Part shown: in pieces, positions 13,001 through 60,011 of the stretch
Numbering within the stretch: position 1 is the stretch's first letter
Layout: each line of letters starts with the position of its first letter
From: Octopus vulgaris
Taxonomy: Eukaryota
DNA length: 64,000 nucleotides
Assembly: GCA_951406725.2 (NCBI GenBank)
Contig: OX597824.1
Coordinates: 47,120,001 to 47,184,000 of the forward strand
Reading direction: 5' to 3'
Program-made: the position numbers and the translations under genes
Notes under the pieces: model-generated
Told to the model about the DNA's origin: nothing
Seen by the model: only the letters and a program-made list of their open reading frames with translations
The model's database searches: none

Positions 13001-16000
13001 AGGATTATGTGAAAAAGTGTGAAGACAGTCAGTTGACTTTCTAACATAAAAGTATTAAAAAATTATTTGGAAATTATAAAGGAAAATGAAAGGTGTGTTT
13101 TGACTGTCCGTATTTTAAAACCACAAATTAAAAAAAAATTGGAGTGTAAGAGATTTTTTCTTTTGTTGCATAATCATATCAATTCCATTATGCAGAAGAC
13201 AGAATCGAAAAAATTTGTAAAAGTTCATAAAAATACAAAAGTTATGAAGGGTTTTAGCATGTGCTTACATCATAATTCTGCCCATTCATATAGATATATA
13301 AAAAATACAAAAATGGGACAAGAACACAAAACATCCTGACAGTTAGATGATACAAAAAAGGGACAACAAAGTATCCAGACAGACGATACAAAGAAAACAA
13401 GGACGGGTCATTCGGAGTTTTCTTTCCTTAGTTGAGTTCCAGATTATCTTTGCAATTTTGGCTGGTTGTACTCGAGATTGCTCCAATCTGGCCAGCCCCA
13501 CGAAAACACTAAGCAAAGAGCACTAGATTCCTTGGAAGAAAGCAGCGAATGTATACGAAAACAATGACAGAAAAAAAGGGAGAAATGGTACACAAATACA
13601 AATAACAGGACATTAACAACGGGTGTCTTTCGACTAAGAATGAATTACATTAAGCTGGCATGTGTAGAAGTAAAGCCTTATGGCAGGGACATATGATTTG
13701 ACAGGCACAGGGAGAAATATAGATGTTGCACGGATGGTAGTCGAACCAAGAAAGAATGGTCAGGCTTGGCCGAACACTGGTCATGTGGGGAGAGAAGAGA
13801 GAGGGGTAGTGGCAGAGGGAGAGAAGAATTAAGGAGTGGCGAGAAAAAAGGAAACAAGAAACAAGAAAAAATGAAAGGGACAGAGTGAAGTGAAAGAGGG
13901 GGGAAGGTGAGCATGAAGAGAAGGCCAAGAAATGTGAGAGAGTGGGACCAAAAGAACGAAGAGTGGAATGAATGAAGTGTGAAAGTGCTGTTTTTCCTTT
14001 AGTTTTTGTTTACTTATACACATCAACAAATGAGGTACTCTCTGTGTAGTTGTTCAATTTGCTAAAAATAACATCCAAATCTCCCTCATACTATGCTCTT
14101 GTTAGTATTAAGGAAGGGGAAAATGTTTACTCCTCTCCATCATTATGATTACAATTAACATTTTTGATTTTATTTGGCTCTGAATTTAATATTTTTAATG
14201 CCTCTGTTCATTGTTTGATACAGAAAATTGGAAAATCCTGATCAAAACAGGGAAATTCTAACGTAACAAAAAATATAGAAAGAGAAAGAAAAGGTTCTAT
14301 TTTCCAAAGCCAAAAGATATGCTTTTAGCTGGGGTTAATTTTATAATTAAAACAAATTCAAAATTTATATTTCAGAACATAAGACTTTAACCATGTTATC
14401 TGGTGTATAGCTACAGTTCAAATGGGTACAAAACCTAAAACAAATGCGTGTGTGTGTGTGTGTGAATGATTGGGTCTTTAATAGCCAGGGGCCAATTCAA
14501 AATGGCAATACACACAGTCATATACATACAAACATACCCATACATACACACACATACACAAATACTTACCTATCAGCCACTCCCAAAAGCTAGTTTTGAT
14601 CCAGAATTCTGACCACTATTCTTTATATATTTGCACACACACAGACACACACACACACATTCAGCATTTCGTTTTTATTCATTCCTTTTTTCTTTTAACC
14701 ATGTCACTATTTATCTGTTTTTAGTTTTTATTTTTGTTTTGGAGGTTTCACTTTAGTTACACCAGTTACACATGGTACTGGGAATTTGCTTCATGTCGTC
14801 AAATTGGAAAAAGTGTTTTTTGTAAGTTTTTGAAATTTTGAAACAAAAAGGCATGGTTTTTTAAACTGTCACAGAGATATGAAAATATAGCTAATACTCG
14901 TACAAGGGTCTTCCAGTGACCCCCTAGTGCCCCCAAGTCTCTAAACGCCCCCCCCCCCCCCGTGCCCCTTCAAAACGCCCCCTCGAGCTCCAAACTCCCA
15001 TCCCCTGGGGGTGGGGTACATGGACCCTATTGAGAACTTTTGGTCTATATTAATGCGAAATTCTCTCTGTCCATCTGGGACCCCTGTATCTCAGCCTACA
15101 TTTGCTCTACATAGACATATTATACCTTTTTGGAATCAGGATGATCCCAGGATTGAAAATCTGTTCCTCATTTGGTTTTTGAACATCCAGCATTGGGATC
15201 TGATTTTAAAATATTTCAGTTGCTATTTCTAGCAGGTAAAGCTTGGCTGATTCACTCCATCTTGGTAGCATTTGTCAGATGACTTCAGAGATCAAGGGGG
15301 AGATAAATGACATTCACTTCATTAATTTTACATTGAGATAAGAACTTTGGGACAAATTGGCCAACAGTTGGAATTCAACTTGGGAGTGGAACAATAGAAT
15401 GATTGCATTACAGAATTAATTTTCCACCGTCCTCAACCTCTGATCAAACACCACAAGAACATATAGTCATTATAGACATATTATAGTCATGCTATTAACT
15501 CTGTTTAGTTTTGGGCCACAGGCCCAATTAGCCCTGCACAGAGTGAGGCTTTTAAGCCCGTTTGTAATAAAAATGTTCTAATCATTGCCACTTTTGTAGA
15601 TACAGTTGTTCTCTAACTTCATATCAATGAAAAGATTTGAAGCTTCAACATTGTTTGAACTCTTCTCTTTAGCTGGTAAAATCGCTATAAATATTTTATT
15701 CCTTGTATTTGCAATTTTTAATCCTTGTGAAAATATTTTTAAAAGATATATTCATCAGTAAGCCAAAACTTAGTTTGCTCAACAACCATGGGCTACCAAT
15801 GTAGAAATCTGAGTAAACGAATTCAGTGAAAAGAAATAGAGGGGTTTGCAAATATGGATTTTATCAACAAAATTTGGAGAAATAAAAATGGATCAATTGT
15901 AAAAATAATTATTGTTTATTCTATTTCTGTTACAGCGTGTACTGGTGAGCAAGCTAAGAAAATGACTTCATCTTGGTATGCTTTGGAAGGTCAGTGATTA

Positions 16001-18114
16001 CTTCTGCACTCTTCTCGTAAGTTCTCAATATTTAAATAATAAGTTTGAAATACTAAGCACAAAATAAGTTAGTTTGCTCCAAATTTGCAGTAAAAAATTT
16101 TTCTTGTTTACTTTTTCCTTATTTGATACCATTCATTAACTTGGACCACACCTGCCTTCTCTTTTAAATATTTTTATCTCTTTTCCAGTAAAACAATCGC
16201 TCTAACAATTAGTTACATAGCAGCTCTACTAATTCCATTTAAGTTCTTTACCATCTAATTTAGACACAATGAACAAATAAGATGTTTAATGGGTAAATGT
16301 CTTCCAAAGAATGGTTAAGAACTTAAGGTCAGCAGTTATACACCCTAAATATGTACTCATGTGCATTGGTGCGCAATTGAAGATGAAAGGCTCATGTGAT
16401 AGAAACAAAGAAATTAGTGAGATTTGAAAGTAACGGAACATGTTTAAGAAATAATGAGTCCATTTATGCAAAAGATTTTAAAAGATAGCAGTAAATCCTT
16501 CCAAACAGGATCCTTTCAAACTGAATTTGTTAACAACAAAGTCTAGAAGTCTAGAGTGATGAACCAATCCAAGAGTAGATTTAATAGAAATTGGAAGAAA
16601 TATTAAATTCGAAATGCATCACTAACTAGACAGTGTCAACGCTACCTGAAGCTGCTTTTGGTTCTTTCATACAAACTCCATGTTTTAAAGCGATCTAAAT
16701 AACATTTTCCAAAATTCCATGTTAATCAATATCCCAAACACCAACTTAATGACAACAGTTATTTTATCAAATTCTTCATCAGTTTCAAAATTAACTGAAA
16801 CAAAGGTAGCATATTTCAACAGAAATATGACAACAAAAATGTTGCCTCTCAATCATAAAAAATTGTTTAAATACACCTTGACAATAGCTGTAACATGGTA
16901 TTCACAATAAACATAATAGTTTCTGATTCAGGCACAAAACCAGCAATTTGGGGTGGGGGGAGACAGCAGACACCATCAACTGCAATACTTAACTATTACT
17001 TCATTTTATTAACCCCAAAAGGATGAAAGACAAAGTTAAATTCAAATGGAGTTGAACACAATTCATAATATGCATAATACATAGAGTGGTATTTATACTG
17101 TCAACTTAACGTGACAGTCCTGTAAGGGAATTACACCACCGCTGTTTAGCCCTAGGAAGCATCGACGCTTCCTGTCGGCCTTGATACATTTCCTGTGTCC
17201 TTATATATTTACGAAGGGGAGACAAACACCCCCAACGTCTAGAGACATGCATGTTTCTGGGTCTTGCCCATCATCAGGATGTGACAGAATTTCTGTGAAT
17301 TGTTGCTTGTTGTTTTTGTTTGTATTTTTTTAACAAGGATGCAATGTTTTGTGTGTGTGCACGTCTGTCTGTCTGTCTATCTGTATGTGTGTGTCTATCT
17401 GTGTGTCTGTGTGTGTGCAGATGCAAGGTGTTGCAACCAATTGGAAATTGCACCACTTAGATTAAGTAAAACAGAAGATCTTGAAAGACTTAATATAGTA
17501 TTAGTAGGTAACATAGGAAAGTGATTCAAATTACACCAAAGTAGACTTCACTTTTCATCCTTTCTGTGTCAATAAAATAAGTACCAGTTGGACACTGGAG
17601 TCAATGTAATTGACTTACCAAACTTGCCAAAATTTGTCAAAACTAGAAACCAATACAGGTAAGTAATATAGTGGGAGACAATACTAGTTTTCAGGATTAT
17701 CTGTTCTTAAAGTCAGCTGAAGATTAACCAATTTTATTTCTCTTATAATTACATGGATTGGGAGTGGAATTAAATGAAGGAAGTTTTCTATGAGACACAA
17801 AAATCAGGCAATATTTGGCCTAAGAGTAAATAAAACCAGATATAAAAATTTAGATCTGCTAAACCACTGCAAGTGAAAAAAATTTTCTTTTCCAGCAGTT
17901 ACACGACAAAACAAAACAGATACTAAATATTACTAATGATAGAAGCATACAAAATACTGATTTCCTATATAATCTTACTATCAGGTTTTGTATGAAAAAA
18001 TCTATTTGAAGTGATCATTGAATTTGACAAATAGGAGTGCAAGTCAAGACATATTGATTAAACCAGTCTTTTATCTTTTCAGGTAATAGCGAGGAGGATG
18101 AATTTGTATACTAA
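4142..18114 (+). CDS. 3' part of a small Cys-rich (VWC/pacifastin-like module) protein gene; exons 4142-4306, 15936-15989, 18083-18114; 5' exons upstream of the window
   Basis: Three AG/GT-bounded exons join in phase 1 and read ...AKKRNLVKCVYEMKVYYAGARFLSKEGCKTCFCLTSGSVYCTSGNCKEKPRKKL-T-CTGEQAKKMTSSWYALE-G-NSEEDEFVY*. AATAAA at 18451. Linking the last two exons is inference. Confidence 0.6.
6489..7580 (-). mobile_element. tRNA-derived SINE with V-domain-like core, split by a MITE
   Basis: The - strand head GTGGAGGAGCAATGGTCCAGTGGTTAGGGCAGCGGACTC has A/B-box-like motifs. CTGCGATGGATTGGCGTCCCGTCCAG...GAAACCGGGAAACCGGGCC resembles the V-SINE central domain. Sequence is continuous across the MITE TSD. 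Confidence 0.75.
6645..7426. mobile_element. MITE with ~235-bp TIRs, GG...CC termini and an 8-bp TSD (Merlin-like); internal (CCCTAA)n
   Basis: Starts GGATCTTTTCCTTTTGAACGGC, ends GCCGTTCAAAAGGAAAAGATCC. TSD TACAACAG at 6637-6644 and 7427-7434. Telomere-like repeats at ~6881-6907. Confidence 0.9.
8750..9185 (-). mobile_element. Fragment resembling an RTE-type LINE 5' UTR, starting at a (TA)n tract
   Basis: GC-richer block with GGCGACTAAACCAGCAACCCC and CTAGGAGAAGGCAACTC motifs that I associate with RTE 5' regions; no ORF. Confidence 0.4.
11090..11350 (+). mobile_element. Highly degenerate hAT transposase C-terminal dimerisation-domain remnant
   Basis: Reads LPNLWTVLKAMLTVVITMAMEKRK, similar to the hAT FPNL..alriLLTipvT.AsaERsFS motif. 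Confidence 0.4.
11490..15042. mobile_element. Non-autonomous hAT (Charlie-like) element, 3.55 kb, with nested repeats
   Basis: Termini CAAAGGTTCTCAA / TTGAGAACTTTTG. 8-bp TSD ATCTATAT (11482-11489) vs GTCTATAT (15043-15050), fitting the NTCTAGAN-like Charlie target. Confidence 0.6.
13295..13990. repeat. Interspersed repeat of unknown class; its left end is shared with the fold-back at 50037-50205
   Basis: AAAATACAAAAATGGGACAAGAACACAAAACATCC...GATACAAAGAAAACAAGGACGGGTCA is nearly identical to 50034-50142; begins at a TA-rich tract. Confidence 0.6.
15936..15989 (+). CDS. Probable internal exon of the Cys-rich gene
   Basis: ctatttctgttacag acceptor, G|gtcagt donor, 54 nt phase 1-1, open frame. 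Confidence 0.55.
18083..18114 (+). CDS. Probable last coding exon (GNSEEDEFVY*)
   Basis: cttttatcttttcag acceptor, phase-compatible, TAA at 18112-18114, AATAAA at 18451. Confidence 0.5.
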
Positions 18115-19199
18115 AACAGTCAAGACTTTTACCCAAAATCTCTAATTCCTTCACAAGGTTCAAATGTGGTAGAAAGACTTCTCATGAATTCTATTTCAGT
18201 TTTTACTTCACTATTTAACAAACAGGAATTCAAGATTTTGTCTTGTTACTCATGAAATGCTTTATCTAAATCAACAGGAAGAATTACATTGTGAGAAATA
18301 GCTACAGATAAATAATACCTGCTTTGAACTATGTACATACTCCAATATAAAATTCCATTTTGAACTGAAGGATAAAACTGAAAAAAAAAAAAAAAATTGG
18401 AAACTTTTGCAGAAATCGTGTGTAGTGTCATTACTTTTTTAAGCTTTAGCAATAAAACAAATACAAATGATATTATGAGTTTTCATTTTTGTATGCTTTT
18501 TCTTAAAATGTTTAAAGTTTTCTCTGACTGAATCGACATGAATTCAGAGTGCTAGTGAATGGAATGTATAATTCATATCCCCTCAATGGTACTGTACTGA
18601 GGTCTTGACAAAATTGTTTAAGTGTAAAATGAGCCTATTTCATCTAGCTTAGCTATAATGTAAATAGGCATCATGCAAAGCTCACAGCTCATTTCTACAA
18701 ACAGCAGAATCAGTGACTACAGACAAGTGTTTCAGTGGCTTGCAGTACTGACTTCAAATCCACTCGGCATATGTTCTCAGGAAGACATTCTTTAGGTGGT
18801 ATCCTACAGTCAAATCTGTCATGACATTTGCATGCTCATGTATAACAGAATCAGAACTTGCCTGAGATACTGATTCATATCTATTTCTCATTTCTCTTCT
18901 CTAAGGAAAATATTTGTTTCTAAATATAATTTGTTCTATCCTTCTTTCATCATATAAGACAGGATACACTGGAATCATTCTTGTCTTTCCATGAAACACT
19001 GAATCCTACAATTTTAAAGTTTTTATGATGTATCAGGTTGAGTAAAAAGTAAGCAACATTTTGAACCATGAAGAATTTGTACCAGATTTTTGCAGAGTTT
19101 TGAACTTTTTTAAACATTTTGCAAATGTCTAATAATACAGACATAGACTTGCCCAAATGCTTCAATAAATTAACATTGATATTTTTCCACTGTTGTTAC

Positions 19200-20280
19200 A
19201 ATCATCCGAAATGGAACTGTCAAAGCGTGATTTTTGAGCAATTTTGCTATTCAACTTCAAACAAGAACATAAAGCAGCTGAAACTGCTCACAATCAATGA
19301 AAAGTGAAATGACCAGTGAGTGGTCAGCTCAAAAATGGTCTAAATGATTTCGCAGTGGAGACCTGAGCATTGGAGATCATGGGCATAGTGAACATCGATG
19401 ACGGTCAATTAAAGACTGTTGTTGAGAAAGATCTATGTAAAACCACTCAAGACCTTGGCAAAAGAACTTCAGGTTAGCAAGAAAACTGCCTGCAACTATT
19501 TGCATGTGATGTGAAAATCAAAAAAGTTCAACAAATGGATACCATATGATTTGAAGGAAAATCAGAAAATGTGCAGATATGAAATTTGCTTGTCACTTCT
19601 CCATAACCAGACCAATCCATTTCTCAACCATATTGTAACTTGTGATGAAGAGTGGATTCTGTGCAATAATAAAAAATGTTCTTTGCAATGGTTACACTGG
19701 AAACCTTCCCTAAATCCAAACTCTTCAAAAAGGTTATGATGATTGTTTGGTGGTGTACTGCTGGACTCATCCACTATAACTTCTTAAAACCCGGAAAATC
19801 CATTACTGCAGAAACATATTGCCGTGAAATTGCAAAAATGAATGAAAAACTGCAACTCCTCTCTGTCCCAGACTAGCCAACAGAAGAGGGCCAATTAGTC
19901 TTCATGACAATGCTCAACCACACGTTTCACTAATGATGATCCAGAAGTTGAGGGAACTTAGCTGCGAAGTTCTTCCCCATCCAGCTTATTCCTCAGACCT
20001 TTCTCCTACCAACTACCAATTTTTTTAAGCAGCGTGATGGTTTCCTGTGAGAGAAAGAGTTCAAAAATCAAACCAATGCTGAAAGTGCATTCAAAGAGTT
20101 CATCAGCTCCAGAATTCCAGATTTTTATGTTACTGGAATAAACAAACTTGTAACTGACTAGCAAAAATGTGTTGATTGTAATGGTAATTACTCTGATTAA
20201 TAAAATTTCTGCATTGTTGAAATATGTTGTGATGAACTTCATATTTCAAACGTTGCTTACTTCTTACTCAGCCTGATGTT
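19200..20280 (+). mobile_element. Old degenerate mariner element
   Basis: Fragments KWIPYDL, FLNHIVTCDEEWIL, KKVMMIVWW..GLIHY, LHDNAQPH, HPAYSSDLSP; many stops and frameshifts. Confidence 0.85.
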
Positions 20281-21453
20281 TTAAAGTTGGCACTGAAAAT
20301 TAAAATCAAGTTTTAATTTCTCTCTCCTTGCCTTGACATCAAGCAATGGTTGTAAAAACGCCTGTGTGGTGCCACATAAAAGCACCCAGCACACATTGTA
20401 AAGTGGTTGGCATTAGGAAGAACATCTAGCTGTAGAAACCCTGCCAAATCAAACTGGAATTTGGTGCCGCTCCCCAGCTTGTCAACTCTGATCAAACTGT
20501 CCAACCCATGCCAGCATGGACAATACACATAATATGATGATGATGATGACGTGTCATTGTTATACAGCAGTGTTCTTCATTTCCAATCTTCCATGAAAAC
20601 ATAACCAGCCATTAAGAAATATTACCTTGCTTGGAAATATTTGGTGAGAGGAAGGGAAATCTGCCTCAATAGATTCAGTCTAACCCTTGCAAAATTGGAA
20701 AAGAGAATGTTGAAACAATGACAATGATGAGGATAATAATGACAGTTTTAATGACCTTCACACAATGCCGCATAAAAGTGCCAATTCCAGTGCCATGTAA
20801 AAGCATCTGTGCAGGTGCCACGTAAAAGCATCCAGTACACTCTGTAAACTGATTGGCATTAGGAAGAGTATCCAGCTGTAGAAACCATGCCAAAACAAAT
20901 AAATGGAACTCAAGCAGCTCTCTAGTTGGCCAACTCCTGTCAAGACATCCACACCTGTATGTATGCTTCCATATATGTATGTGTGAATGTATAATACATA
21001 AGTGTGTGTGTGTGAATGTACCAGAATGTATCAATAGCTGCATGCATTTTGAGGAAAATTTAGCTGCCATTTCTAGCACATTTGATAAGCACAGCAAGAG
21101 CCCCTCACTGGCTCACTGCAGTAACAGCAGACATGATATATGGAGATCACAACTCAATGGTACTCAAGTGGTTATGGAATGTTGTTGGGTAAAAAAGCCT
21201 CACTCCAAACAGGCTGTTTTTCTTGGAAGTTTTGAATATGTGATGTGATGTGATGTGTGTGTGTGTGTGTGTGTGTGCACACGCGCACACACAAGTGACT
21301 CTGTTAGGCCCATCAAAGCATATAAGAAAGAAAAAAGTTGTCGGTATCTGCAACAGATTCTATTCCAACAGACAAGTAGCCATTTCTTTAACAAGCCAAA
21401 ACACAAACCAATAAAAGACATTAAAATCAATTTATTCATTTTTAAAAAATGTG

Positions 21454-58135
<36,682 letters not shown>

Positions 58136-58512
58136 TTCGTCTAAAAAGATATTAACAAACAATTTTAAAATGAATATAAATAATCAGTTATCTTTGAGGA
58201 ATGAAGTAGAAATTAAGATACAAATTCCAAAAGCGGGAACGATAAAACCATAACATTAAGCTCGCAGCAAACAGAATTCTTTATTCTTAGAACTAATAAA
58301 ATTTTAAAATATTTTAATACATTAAAAATTTACTTTTAAATATCTATTACTTGAAATAATTTTCATAATGAGATTTACACGTTTTTGTATTCATGATATT
58401 TTTTTATGCAGAATGGTAGGTTGCTAAGCAATATATCACAACAAATTCAAGCTCACGTTAATTCGTTTCATACACTTTTATGCTCTTAATAATATAGTTG
58501 TTTTTTACAAAA
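58136..58512. promoter_or_regulatory. Probable bidirectional promoter CWF19L1/DNAAF3 with an RFX X-box-like site at 58420-58432
   Basis: Divergent ATGs 377 bp apart, repeat-free; GTTGCTAAGCAAT ~80 bp upstream of the DNAAF3 ATG. Confidence 0.65.
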
Positions 58513-58579
58513 ATGATTGATGGCTACGGTAATATATCTTTCTGGGGATACAGTCCATGTATTAATCTTTTAGAATCAG
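58513..58579 (+). CDS. DNAAF3: DNAAF3 exon 1
   Basis: ATG in aaaATG context; G|gtaaag donor. Confidence 0.85.
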
Positions 58580-59964
58580 GTAAAGCAGTAATTCTAATTT
58601 TGATTTTTCTGTTAATGTTTACTTTTAGGAACAGTACTGTGCGTCTTTATTCTTTTCGCTTATGTCCCCGAGGGAGTTACATATGATAGTTTGTATAAAA
58701 TATAAGTGCATAGTAATTAAAAAAAAATAAAAACAGCTCACTGGAAAATAGATTAGCAGAGACATAAGAGGCCATTGACAGTACTGTCCCATACAATGGT
58801 TGGTAAGGTCCTTTCACGGAGCCGTGCGCCTTCTTGTTTTCTAACTTTAAACAAAACTCAGACAAAAATATATTCTATTAAAGGACCACAACCACTAGTG
58901 GTTTCAAAAGCAGTTAGTTGAAAATGCATAGTTTGTGAATAATACTAAATATTTAAGAATTTCTGTTCTATCGATAAAGCAGTAGAATCCATAAAAACAC
59001 TACAATTAACGATATGACTTGCAGCAAAAAAATACACCACTGCAATATCCCAGAGTATACAGTGTCTCTTCCTCCAAGGATACAAAGTCATACCATCTGG
59101 TCTTTTGCCATTAATCTGAGACAAACTGACTTGTATTAGAAGAGACAGAATATTGGTTCAAATGTCCAGTTCATTATCTTGTTAGGAGTAAAGATTTTTG
59201 CCAACATAACATGGCAGTCTTGGTTGAGGGCAAATGTTGCTGTAATTTAGCCCCAGGAGTCTTGGGAATCCCTTGTTCAAAGATATAAGGACACAGATCG
59301 TGTCGTATAGCTAGCTGGAGACGATGTCTCCTAGGGTTAAATTACAGCAACATTCGTCCTTGGCAAAAATCTTTACTCCAAAGTACTGTTGCTGAATATC
59401 TCTCGTTGTGAGATTTAAAAATATTAATTTTCTAATTATCTATTTAAAAATAGTAATTTTCTAATTATTCAAAATATCTCAGAAATCTTTAAGCTAGTAA
59501 GAGGCAGAAAAGTTCATGTAATCCTTAGTAATACAGGAACCTTCATTGGTAGCCTGTAGTGGTTTCCATAGTTGTAAGGCTTAGCTTTGTCTTTCACTCA
59601 CTAGTATTCATGCATTGTCGCATGGCCATACAACAGAAAACTAGGCACACAATTTCAGGCACTTGAGAAAAGTGGTTATAATAGCATAGTAATGATGTGT
59701 ACAACATTTACTATGTGTATACAAGTGTGGAACAGCACTAGCTCTTTTACTTTTTTACTTGTTTCAGTCACTTTACTGCGACCATGCTGGAGCACTGCCT
59801 TTAGTCGAGCAAATCGACTCCAGGACTTATTCTTTGAAAGCCTAGCACTTATTCTATTAGTCTCTTATGCCGAACCGCCAAGTTACGGGGACATAAACAC
59901 ACCACCATCTGTTGTCAAGCGATATGGTTGGAGGACAAACACAGACACACAAACATATACACAC

Positions 59965-60011
<47 letters not shown>

